This document shows, piece by piece, positions 1-10,749 of a DNA stretch of 19,246 nt. The notes below the pieces were generated by a model. That model ran no database searches and was not told where the DNA came from. It saw nothing but the letters and a program-made list of their open reading frames with translations. The stretch is from Octopus sinensis. Its lineage: Eukaryota. The stretch is taken from NCBI RefSeq assembly GCF_006345805.1, contig NW_021824498.1, positions 1-19,246 of the forward strand, written 5' to 3'. Within the stretch, counting starts at the first letter, position 1, and each line of letters starts with the position of its first letter. The position numbers and the translations under genes are program-made.

Positions 1-45
1 TGTCCATGTCTACTGTATCGTCCCCAATATGGGGGCCCCTAGTGG

Positions 46-129
46 CTAATAATAATAATATAATAATAATAATAATAGTAATAATAATAATAATAATAAT
101 AATATAATATAATATAATAATAATAATAA
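46..129 (+). repeat. (TAA)n microsatellite
   Basis: Direct TAA run with a short ATATA interruption; could be the tail of an element ending at ~45, which cannot be identified here. Confidence 0.95.
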
Positions 130-134
130 CTATT

Positions 135-193
135 ATGCATGTGCCTGGTGTACCTTTATCAGACGTCTGATAAGGTACACCAGGCACATGCAT
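135..193. repeat. Near-perfect 59-nt fold-back palindrome
   Basis: Left arm ATGCATGTGCCTGGTGTACCTTTATCAGAC (135-164) is the reverse complement of right arm GTCTGATAAGGTACACCAGGCACATGCAT (165-193) except for one extra T; no spacer. Confidence 0.95.
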
Positions 194-625
194 CACAACC
201 ATATGTGCGTGACATGGTGATCTCATATCAAGATAAACAGCGGTTGACCTTGCAGGTGGGGCCCAGTCAGAATTTTCTTCTGATCGAGTAACCCATCCCG
301 CTCAAAAGGTCCCTGAATAAGGATTGTTTAAGGATGTTGAACGAACCACTCATGTTTCCAAAGGTGAATTATCCAAATCTCTAAGAATTCCTTTCAACAG
401 ATGGCTCTGATGCTCCCCCACTACTTCTGTTCGTGATCAGTGATGCACATATCGTCAGCCACTAAGGGACATGCTCAACTGGTTAAGGTCAAACAACTGA
501 CACGCAAATCTGTGGTATTGAGCAGAATATTTGCTGTAGCCCATCTTTTTTTTATACCAAGACAAAACAATGTACATGATAACACTTCCAATCAGTTAAG
601 ATCAGAAGCCATGAGAGCCACTGTT
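165..625 (+). mobile_element. Probable dispersed repeat fragment of unknown class, ending in an (ACT)/(ATT)n tract
   Basis: Complex sequence between two microsatellites that resembles an abundant octopus interspersed repeat I recall; no coding motif seen; recognition is from memory only. Confidence 0.4.
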
Positions 626-633
626 ACTACTAC

Positions 634-674
<41 letters not shown>

Positions 675-720
675 GTAGTAGTAGTAGTAGTAGTAGTGGT
701 AGCAGCAGCAGCAGCATTAT
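624..720 (+). repeat. Compound trinucleotide microsatellite (ACT)(ATT)n(AGT)n(AGC)n
   Basis: Read directly. Confidence 0.95.
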
Positions 721-789
721 TGAACGAGGCGGTGATGGGAGGGAGATTTTCAGACAAACACGAAGTCAGGAGACGGCTAACTAAAAGGA

Positions 790-1790
790 GATGGTGGTAG
801 CGATGGTGGCGGGTGTAGCAACGGTGGTGACGGTGGTAGCAGTGATAAGAGGTGAAGGAGTAGGGGAGGAGGTAGAAAGTAATCTCTCCTTCTCCTCCCC
901 CACTCCACCACCCACTGCCCTTCTCAGTCTTAAATTTGATCTCACGGCGTCCAGGAGTCTACACGCTGGGTGATGGCGGTCGACGTGGCGGTGGTGTTGT
1001 TGTCGGTGGTGGTGTGGGTGGCGGTATTTGATGGTGATGGCGCCGGTGGTGTGGGTACCGGTGATAGGGATGATAGTACAGGTGGTGGTCATACTGGTGG
1101 TCGTGATGTTGGTCTTGTTGCTGGTGGTGGGTTTGGGACAAGCACGTTGGTGGTCTACGTTGGGTTACAGGTGGTAGTGACTGTGCTCTTGATAAGTAGC
1201 GACAACAATGGGTGGGTAGTATGTTGATGGTCAAGGTGAGTGGTGTTGGAAGTAGTAGTAGTAGTGATGGTGGTCGTAGTGGCAGTAATAGTAGTAGTAG
1301 TAGTAGTGATGGTAGTGGTAGCAGTAATAGTGGTGGTAGTAATAGTAGTAGTGGTGATCGTAGTAGTAGCAGTGGTGGTCGTACTACTGGTGATGGTGGT
1401 CGTAGTAGTAGTAGTGATGGTGGTCGTAGTAGTAGTAGTAGTAGTGATGGTGGTCGTAGTAGTAGTAGTAATGGTGGTCGTAGTAGTAGTAGTGATGGTG
1501 GTGGTAGAAGTAGTAGTGGTGGTCGTAGTAATAGTGATGGTGGTAGTAGTAGTAGTGTAAGTGGTCGTAGTAGTAGTAGTAGTGGCGGTGGTGGTGGTGG
1601 TAATGGTGGTGGTAGTGGTGGTGATGGTGGTAGTAGTAGTAGTAGTTGTTGCGGTGGTGGTAATAGTGGTGGTAGTAGTATTTCCCTTTGACTACAGAGC
1701 GACAATACGTTAATATTAAAAAAATACTATTAGCGGTGATGATGATGATGATGATGATGATGTGATGATGATGATGATGATGATGTGGTG
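790..1790 (+). repeat. Degenerate (GGT/AGT/GAT)n low-complexity array
   Basis: Read directly; includes a tandem GATGGTGGTCGT(AGT)4-6 unit at 1392-1493 and (GAT)n at ~1738-1785. Explains ORFs 959..1705, 1212..1691 and 1240..1560. Confidence 0.9.
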
Positions 1791-2178
1791 GTAGTCAAGC
1801 ATTTCACGCGGGAAAACTAGATTCATACTGAGGCGGTAATTCATCTGTTGTCAATGCATTTGGGTGCGTCCATTTCAAGAAAAGATGGAAGCAGGTCATT
1901 TCAGTTTCTTCTATAAAAGTCGAAAACCAAATAATTGCAAGATTAATGCAGTTCCCACCTATACCAGTAACTAAAGTTATTTTATAAATTTACATAAACG
2001 TTTCGACACCTCAAGGCTCTTCAGTATATTGGAATTATATTTAAAGATAAATTTCTAATTGAACCAATTCCAAAAGCTTGAAACATATCTATTATCAAAA
2101 GGATTTATCCACGTCCGATAAAACCTCGATATGAATGAGATCATTACGCGCGAAATGCTGGCGAACATGGGATCAGGG

Positions 2179-2513
2179 CAGTTGTTCTCAACCATTCTTT
2201 TTCTCTTTAGACCTCTTTATTTACTATTTTATTCTGGTGGACACCGATAGCCATTCGATATTGAAATACTAGTTTTATAGAAATATCTTTCAAAATTCCT
2301 ATTTTGCTTTTCATATATTAACTTGTGTAAGTTAAACTATGTAAAATGTTTGAGAAAGAAACATGGCTGTTTCTTGCAGTACAAGCCTACATACACATAC
2401 ATTTAAAGCAAATTTTCAGGGGCTCTTGAAATACTATTGGGGATCCCCAATTTACTGTTTTGTTGCGTGGACCTTCAGGGGAGGCCATATGAACCCCCCG
2501 TTGAGAACCACTA
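2179..2513. mobile_element. Probable non-autonomous hAT (Charlie/MER5-like) MITE, ~335 bp
   Basis: Terminal inverted repeats CAGTTGTTCTCAAC (2179-2192) and GTTGAGAACCACTA (2500-2513) match 12/14 and resemble the hAT CAGTGGTTCTCAA terminus; AT-rich non-coding interior. The 8-bp flanks (GATCAGGG vs GATTTGAA) do not preserve a TSD. Confidence 0.6.
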
Positions 2514-2944
2514 GATTTGAATGTTGCAGGAAAGACTAGCAAGTCGGATTCAAGTCGAGGAAGACAAAGACGAATCTTATTTATATTCTAGCGTTTTGAT
2601 GACCTACCCAACCTAGTTTTTGTCAAGAAAAACGAATATGTTTTTCGTTAACTTCCTTCTCTTTCACACACCGCCCTTCATGCAGAGATTTTATATGACT
2701 TTTGATTGATTATAAATGATATGTTTAACTGAATACCATTGATACAGATATAATTTCTCTTTAAATATAAAGTATTTATAACGCTGAGCAGACTGACTGA
2801 CTGACTAAAGTTGTATGAAGATTTACAAAATAGTTCTTTAAATATAGATATGAAGTAGATTAATCAAGTTAGTATTTGTTTTGGAAACTAATAAACATAA
2901 TTCGTCTTCCTCTTTAAAAGAAGTGAAAAATGAGAATATATCTA

Positions 2945-3043
2945 GTGTGTGTGTGTGTGTGTGCATATATATATATATATGGCGGGTGATATACATACAA
3001 ATCTCTATATATCTATCTATGTATTTATCACTCTATCAATCTT

Positions 3044-3114
<71 letters not shown>

Positions 3115-3167
3115 GCCTACCTATCTGCCTACCTACCTACCTACCTACCTACCTACCTATCTATCTG

Positions 3168-3258
<91 letters not shown>

Positions 3259-3385
3259 GTCTGTCTCTCTCTCTACACACACTGATACACTTATATATAA
3301 ATATATATACATATGTGTGAGTATACATCTATGCGTATAAGAATTATGTATGTGTTTGAATCTGTATACATGTATATTTACATAC

Positions 3386-3420
<35 letters not shown>

Positions 3421-3560
3421 TGTGCATGCACACACATACATGTACACACACATCTACATATACATATTAAATATATACAAACATATACAGACACTCTTAA
3501 CTCAAAATGTATGATGCATCTTGTCAATTTCTTTTTTACATATGTAGTAGTAGTAGTAGT

Positions 3561-3612
<52 letters not shown>

Positions 3613-3660
3613 CAGCAGCAGCGGCAGCACACAGCAGTAGTGGCTGTGGTGGTGGTGGTA
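2945..3660 (+). repeat. Compound microsatellites (GT)n, (CTAT)n/(CCTA)n, (CA)n, (GTA)n, (GCA)n
   Basis: Read directly; main (CTAT)n block at ~3045-3258. Confidence 0.95.
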
Positions 3661-4079
3661 TTTAAGTCTTGAGTCTAAAACCCGATTTAGTCAAGTCGCT
3701 ATATATCAACCAGGTCCTTCGTGGAAGGATTATTTCGGACGCATTACAGGGAGATTTGGCTGCTACCTCTAGGACGTCGTTAGACTATGTAGTATAGGAT
3801 CACCCGTTGTTCCGATGTGGTGGTTATGTCTGTTGTTGGAAGTTGTAGTGGTACCTATAGTAGTGAGTGTAATACTTGTTATGGTGAACACGTGGTTGAT
3901 GTAGTAGTAACCATGGCAACTATAGGGGCGGGGGTTGTCATAGAGACAGTCGATGATGCTGGTGGCAGTGGTTGTAGTGGCGGCAGCGGCGGTGGTGGTG
4001 GTCGTCGTCGTTATGGTGACAGATTTTGATAATGGCTGTCAAGGTAGCAGATGTGTAGAGGTAGTCATGGTAACAGATA

Positions 4080-4221
4080 CATACACACACACACGCACAC
4101 ACACATATACATCTAAACATACATACCCACACTCATGATGAACACACACGTATATGTGTGTATATTATAGATATATTATATATATGCATATATATATATA
4201 TGCATTATATATATATACATA

Positions 4222-4269
<48 letters not shown>

Positions 4270-4395
4270 TACATATCTATGCATATACCTATATAATACA
4301 TATATATTACCTAATATATATATGTATATTATATATTTTATATATATGTATATATAATATACATATATTCGTTATATATGTATATATATATATTT

Positions 4396-4471
<76 letters not shown>
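4080..4471 (+). repeat. (CA)n and long degenerate-to-pure (AT)n array
   Basis: Read directly; pure (AT)n at ~4388-4471. Confidence 0.95.
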
Positions 4472-4476
<5 letters not shown>

Positions 4477-4524
4477 GATGTTCTAGAATTTTGGAAGGTA
4501 CCTTACAATGGCTATGGTGTTGGC

Positions 4525-5035
4525 AGCAGCATAGTAGTGGTGTAGTAGTAGTAGTAGTAGTAGTGGTGGTAGTGGTGGTGGTAGTGGTGGTGGTGGTAGT
4601 AGTAGTGGTAGTTATGGTGCTGGTGGTAGTGGTATGGTGTGAGTAGTAGTAAATATTGAGTACTTTGCGTGCGTGGTGTAGTTTCGATGGTGGTGGTGGT
4701 GGTGGTTCGGTGTTAGCGTTGCAGTGTTACCGGTGGCAACGGCGTAAGTAAGTAGTTGCACTAATAAACGTAGTACAGGTGACAGTTGTTTAGTGGTACT
4801 TGTAGTGTTATAGCGTTCGTGGCGGTGGTGGTGTGGTGATAGTACTGTAGTGTTGATGGTGATGACAGAGATGGTGATGACAAGAGGTGCAGTGCTGGTG
4901 GTTCTCAGCGGCTGATGACGTGTTTGTACAGTTTTGTCATTACATCCATATTTGTTGTTTTTATTCTTGTTGTTGTTGTTGCTATTGTTGTTGTTGTTCT
5001 TGTTGTTGCTGTTGTTGTCGTTGTTGTTATTGTTC
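4525..5035 (+). repeat. Degenerate (GTA/GGT/GTT)n low-complexity tract
   Basis: Read directly. Confidence 0.85.
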
Positions 5036-5114
5036 CGTTAATATGAGTCATTCATCATTTGCCATATTCTTGCACCTGCTGGTTTTCCGCACGACTCGAA
5101 ATTTCTAGGAGATT

Positions 5115-5570
5115 ATGTGTATATATGCGTATATATATAGATATATGTGTGTGTGTGTATTTATATGTATATATATATGTATGTATTTGTATGTATGTAT
5201 GTATGTATATATATCTATCTCTCTCTCTATTATATATGTGTGTGTGTGTGTGTGTGTGTATGCTTATGTATGTATGTGTGCGTGTACATATTCGTATATA
5301 TACACACACTCATATGTCCATAAATGTAGAGATATAAGAGTGTATACGCACACATTTACAGGTGTGTGTATATGTATGCGATGAGCAGCAGGAAAAAGAT
5401 GAATAATACATACATACACACAAACATATAGATGCATACATATATATATATACATACACACACATGTATATATATGTGTGCATCTGTATATTTATATGTG
5501 TGAATATTTGTATGTATGCGTGAATATATATATATACATACATACATTATATACATATACATACATAAGC
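5115..5570 (+). repeat. Mixed (AT)/(GT)/(ATGT)/(CA) low-complexity tract
   Basis: Read directly. Confidence 0.9.
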
Positions 5571-6265
5571 ACGCGCGCACAGTTGCACACAGTTGCTGTA
5601 TACATGAGTGCAAAGGTAATCTTCAAAAGCCCCCTATTCGTTTTTAACCCCCAATCTCTCACTCTCTCTCTCTCTCTCGCACCAATCCCCTCTCTCGTTC
5701 CACCTCCACCGTTCAACATCGCCTCCTATTTCGGAAATTGCCAAAATTTCTTCGTTATTTTTCTTGGATACTCTTTGATGATGATGATGATGATGATGAT
5801 GCGGTGGTTGAGGTTGAGGAGGAGGAGAAAGGGGATGTGGACGACGACGAAGACCACAAAATGGCGGTGGCGGCGGAGATATCGACGACGGCGACAGCAG
5901 TGATGATGACGACGACGGTAGTGATGACGAGGACGATGGCGTATGATCTGATGATGGTCAATTCAAGCATGGAGCTTCAAATTTAGACAAAATTCCAAAA
6001 CATTTCTCTTTCCAAATGTCCTTTCAAATGAACATTTAAATTGTCTTGAAAAATATCCGCGCGCGCAAACACACCACATATTAATCGTTGGCGATTTAGT
6101 TTTTCCTCCGTCTTCCTTTTCTGTTTCTGAAGAAGAGCCTTGCTCGAAATGTAAAACCACCTTTCTTTCCTTCCCTAAGCGTTATACTAATACATCTGTT
6201 TGTTTTGTACACCACCTGTCTTCGTCTTTTGTTGTTTTTTTCGTAAACTGTCCCTATATATATAT

Positions 6266-6684
6266 ACTCTTACTCTCTCTTTTACTCTTTTACTTGTTTC
6301 AGTCATTTGACTGCGGCCATGCTGGAGCACCGCCTTTAATCGAGCAACTCGACCCCGGGACTTATTCTTTTATAAGCCCAGTACTTATTCTATCGGTCTC
6401 TTTTGCCGAAACGCTAAGTAACGGGGACATAAAAACACAGCACGGTTGTCAAGCAATGCTTGGGGGACAAACACAGACACCACACAACACGCACACGCAA
6501 TATATATATATACATATATATACGACGGGCTTCTTTCAGTTTCCGTCTACCAAATCTACTCACAAGGCTTTGGTCGACCCGAGGCTATAGCAGAAGACAC
6601 TTGCCCAAGGTGCCACGCAGTGGGGCTGAACCCGAAACCATGTGGTTGGTAAACAAGCTACTTACCACACAGCCACTCCTGCGC

Positions 6685-6685
<1 letters not shown>
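6266..6685 (-). mobile_element. Full-length tRNA-derived SINE (octopus OR/CORE-type), family A copy 1
   Basis: Minus strand starts GGCGCAGGAGTGGCTGTGTGGTAAG (A-box-like), then GGGTTCAGCCC (B-box-like) and ACCTTGGGCAAGTG (MIR/CORE-like), an internal (TA)/(GT) tract and a 3' tail ...GACTGAAACAAGTAAAAGAG. A paralogous copy lies at 12829-13206. Both flanks are (TA)n. Confidence 0.85.
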
Positions 6686-6719
<34 letters not shown>

Positions 6720-7945
6720 CAGAATCAGGCTAACACCGCAGAAGCACATTATGCGAATACTTGACTAACAGAGTGCTTAAAGAGGATTATTGACAATATG
6801 TCTCATTAATTAATCAATTCATGAATTATTGATTAATTACTAATAATTAAGTATTCTACAAATCTATAGATAGTATTACAAAATGTACTACATTTATGGC
6901 AGAGTGTTATTTATGCCATTATGCCATTAATTGCAGAGAAAGGAATAAAGAAAGACGATGTTATGTTAAGTGATGATCGTTTACAATGAATTAACTGCAA
7001 GCCAATGGTTCCGTACTATGTCTGACGAAATGATATGGATATTTTGTTCTGGTTATTATTATGCAACATTACTTAAACTCCGTATATGTAACGAGCAAGT
7101 AAACAAAGATTTTCATGGAAACGATCGTAACATATCATTGTCTTCATTACTTATTCAGTTATTAGTGTATGCGTGTACGCAAGCACGTATAAACACACAT
7201 GCACGCATGCACACATAAATTGCATGCATGTACATATGTGTGCACAATTATAATATTCATTCAAATGCTAGTGGTATTTTTCTGAACATTACAATTAGGT
7301 ATTTCCTTAGAGGCCCAATATGTGAGATGATTAATATATAAAAAATTAAGGCAAGCTATATGCAACTGCTGAAGGAAATTCGCTGCTGTCATAGCCAGTA
7401 TAAATGCTTATAGAACTCGAAAACCTGACATTAATGGCTAAAGTAGGTGTAACCGCTGACTCTCAAGGTAGCCTTTTTCAAATCATAATAATTCCGTACA
7501 GGTTAAAATTTCCTAAATAATGAATTACGAATACCTTGAAAGATGAACATGTATTTGAACTTGTATTAACAAAAAAAAAAAAAAAAAATCAGTTAGCCAT
7601 TAACATTAAAGTTTACTTAACAACAGTCGCTGTGTTTAGGCGTGCTTCGTAAACATGATACGGATGTAAAGAAAATATCACATACGTTGAAACGTGAACT
7701 GTCTCGACTTCTAGACATGACAATTGAATATACGAACCTGTGACTTGTTTTGTAAGCATCTTCTTTCTTTCTATTGGCAGCTAATCAACTGTCGATGTGT
7801 TGTTGCCTATTAATAATATTTCGATAGATTTGCAAATATCTTTGATATATTTTCTTTGCTTCAAATTTGCATAATTAGCAACGGGAAACTCAGGAGTTGC
7901 GTTTGAGAAGTTTCAGCTTATAGCAACATTAGAAGCAGCAGCAAA

Positions 7946-8720
7946 CACGAAATTGTCAAGAAGATCTACGGCGACCATGGAGATAAAGTGAGCAGAACCG
8001 CTGATTCGTCTCTAACCAGGCAGCAGCAGGTGACACTCAGCCGACTTAGAAATGGTCATCACCCGGACCTCAAGTACTGGCTCTACATCATTCATCATTG
8101 TTCGACCGTGGTCGAGACAATGGAATTTACTATGTTACGCCAGACTTCACGGTCCATCGCATTACGGAGGTCCTGTGCTGGATGCCTGTATCCCTGGAGA
8201 TTACATCAGGTGTAGGAGAGTGTGCGCCCCTTCTGGTATGGCGAGTAGATGGCTTCCAGAGGAGAAGAGTAGAAATTACTTCTTTTTCAGCTCTCTCTCA
8301 AACAAGTCCCAGCAAACTGGACTCTCCTACCTTTCACAAGGATGACCACAGGTGGTAGTTTCCCATATATTTGCATTTTGGCTGGATGGCGCTTCCACGA
8401 GAGATTTTGAGCTCTACAAGATCGACCGAGCCATAGACAGAACCTGCAGAAAGTGCGGAGTGGGAGAGGAGACTGCGGAATATGTCATCTACGACTGTCC
8501 ACGGATCCATCATCCCCCGCCGCAAATGCCCCCCCCCCAGACGCTCTGACCAGTGACCCTCTCCTTGTCCTTCGGATCTGGGAAAAGTGGACTTCCGCTC
8601 CCCACCTACCAGACGTCTCCAAACCCACAGAACGGACGCAGTGAAATCACCCTTACCCGTCTTGTTGCTTAACAACAAAAACAACAACAGCAGCGGCAGC
8701 AGCAGAAACAACAACAACAA
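7946..8720 (+). mobile_element. 5'-truncated non-LTR retrotransposon 3' end (C-terminal Cys-knuckle domain, I-group-like) with (AAC)n tail, interrupted by an RTE insertion
   Basis: Removing the insert and one TSD copy gives HEIVKKIYGDHGDKVSRTADSSLTRQQQVTLSRLRNGHHPDLKYWLYKIDRAIDRTCRKCGVGEETAEYVIYDCPRIHHPPP. This has C-x2-C-x8-(H>Y)-x4-C at 8445-8498 and the typical upstream L.RLR.GH motif. A frameshift in a poly-C run continues as DALTSDPLLVLRIWEKW...Q* (stop at 8644); AAC-rich tail at 8671-8720. Confidence 0.8.
8088..8410 (-). mobile_element. 5'-truncated RTE-clade LINE fragment (323 bp) with 8-bp TSD GCTCTACA
   Basis: Minus-strand translation with frameshifts: QNLSWKRHPAKMQIYGKLPPVVILVKGRRVQFAG / RAEKEVISTLLLWKPSTRHTR / GRTLSY / PDVISRDTGIQ / QDLRNAMDREVWRNIVNSIVSTTVEQ**. 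MDRExWR is the RTE/BovB-type C-terminal motif. Tail TGATGAATGA; GCTCTACA at 8080-8087 and 8411-8418. Confidence 0.88.
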
Positions 8721-8734
8721 TTTAAAGAGAAAGA

Positions 8735-8866
8735 AGCAAGTGGATTACATCCACCTCAGTATATTGACACAGAGAGGATGGAAGGCAACGTCGACAATGG
8801 CAGAATTTGAACGTAGAACCTAAAGAGCCAGAAAGCATACCAAAAAACATTTTGTCCGAGGCGCTA
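8735..8866 (-). mobile_element. Degraded SINE, family B
   Basis: GAGAGGATGGAAGGCAACGTCGACAATGGCAGAATTTGAACGTAGAACCTAAAGA aligns by eye with GAAAGGATGAAAGGCAAAGTCGACCTCGGCGGAATTTGAACTCAGAACGTAAAGA at ~12034-12088. Confidence 0.7.
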
Positions 8867-8979
8867 TATATGTGTGCCTGTATCTGTGTGTATGTAATTC
8901 TGGCAAAACCCGGCGCTAAACAATATCATATCTACACCACAGATCTCTACCCAAAGGGCCACTTGCATCGTATACCGCA

Positions 8980-9290
8980 CAGACACACACTATTCTACAC
9001 ACAAAGTACAGCGCAAATCCTCCTACACAACACATGACACCCTACAGATACAATACACTCTACCAAAGTATGTCACAACACACTAACATCATACACCACA
9101 ACACTCATCACCACACCAAATATAACAACTCGCATCGCACACCACGTCGTACACTACACCTTATAAATACGCGCCATACACACCACCTTGCCATACACAA
9201 CACCACCCCATACTGCATACCATACAAACAACCCCATATACACCACAGCATACAGACTCCACCATACACACTAACATTGCCCAAACGCAC
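8980..9290 (+). repeat. Highly degenerate CA-rich (CACAC/CACAA/CATAC-like) low-complexity tract
   Basis: Read directly; strong A/C bias with a ~5-nt cryptic period. Confidence 0.7.
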
Positions 9291-9834
9291 TGTACAGATT
9301 AGACTGCTACTCACCAGGCTCAAAGTGTAAAGTCAGCCATGTTTGTCATTCATCATTAAATCACATTTTATAAAATAAACCTCACTTGGGGGCGCTGTCT
9401 CTTGCAAAGTGTAGAATTGTGTGCGAATGGAGGCGGTGAGAAGGCATGCGGTTGTGTATGGGTGATAGTGTGTGTGTAAGTGATAGTGTGTACGCGTATC
9501 TTGTAGTGTGTTTTCGCACACACACACACATATACACACACACATATAATGTGTGTATACGCAGACCCAAACACACGCATGTATAATTTATACATATATG
9601 CACAAGTATATGCGAATTGGTATGTATGTATATATGTATGTATGACTTGTAGGAGCAGATTTTATGTGTATGTGTGTGTGTAAGTACATGATTTTAGGTG
9701 AACATCAGTCAGTACATAGGTGTGTGTGTGTGCGTGTGTGTTTATGTATATGAATGTGAATGTAAGTGTAAGCCTCCTAAATTATACAATGACAAGCATT
9801 ACACAGGTTTCTCAGTGAAAACGAAAGGTTTACG

Positions 9835-9836
9835 GA

Positions 9837-9895
<59 letters not shown>

Positions 9896-9923
9896 TACAT
9901 ACATACATACAACCCCGCCCATG

Positions 9924-9987
<64 letters not shown>

Positions 9988-10171
9988 GATATATATATAC
10001 GTACATACATGTAACCACATCTATTTATCTATTTCTCTATCTATCTATCTATCTATCTATCCATCCATCCATCCATCCATCCATCCATCCATCCATCCAT
10101 CCATCCATCCATCCATCTATCTATCTATCTATCTATCTACCTACCTATATACCTCTCTATCTATCTATCTG

Positions 10172-10254
<83 letters not shown>

Positions 10255-10271
10255 GCCTATATATATATGTA

Positions 10272-10319
<48 letters not shown>

Positions 10320-10351
10320 CGTATACGCGTATATATATAATATATATAATC

Positions 10352-10397
<46 letters not shown>

Positions 10398-10415
10398 CTA
10401 TATATATATATCACA
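9835..10415 (+). repeat. Compound (CA)(AT)n, (CTAT)n(CCAT)n(CTAT)n, (GT)n, (AT)n microsatellites
   Basis: Read directly. Confidence 0.95.
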
Positions 10416-10749
10416 TAGATGTGTGTGTGCATGCGCAGAGACATATGCTCACTTTTAATGCAGCGGGTCTGAATTATTTATCATCAGTTTTGTTACATCA
10501 GAAATATTTTTAAAAAAATCCTATTCTACAAACACCTTCATCACCACCACCACCACCACCACTATCAGCACCATCAGCGCCATGACAGCAACTACGCCTA
10601 TGGCCCCGCCCCCCCCACCTCCCTGCCACACACATTGTGCCATAGTGCCATCCCAGTGTGGTGTTGCAGGTCTCAAGGGGAGAGTGAAGTGATAAATGGA
10701 AAACTCGGTTTATAACTTTTGCATGGATTCAGCAGGATACGTCAATACG

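Noticed and set aside
959-1705. 248-aa Leu/Pro, 159-aa Gly/Ser and 106-aa Val ORFs
   Set aside because: Translations of (GGT/AGT)n low-complexity DNA.
3665-3790. Possible degraded repeat fragment (GATTTGGCTGCTACCTCTAG)
   Set aside because: Short remembered similarity only; no paralogue in the window and no structural hallmarks.
2881-5613. Many IYLS, YI, CV and HT repeat ORFs (also at 9698-10513, 13280-13880 and 14873-15348)
   Set aside because: Translations of (CTAT)n, (AT)n, (GT)n and (TATG)n microsatellites.
5738-5986. Acidic Asp/Glu-rich ORF
   Set aside because: Built from (GAT)n, (GAG)n and (GAC)n repeats; no recognisable domain.
7571-7588. Poly-A run as a retrocopy tail
   Set aside because: No identifiable element body or convincing TSD.
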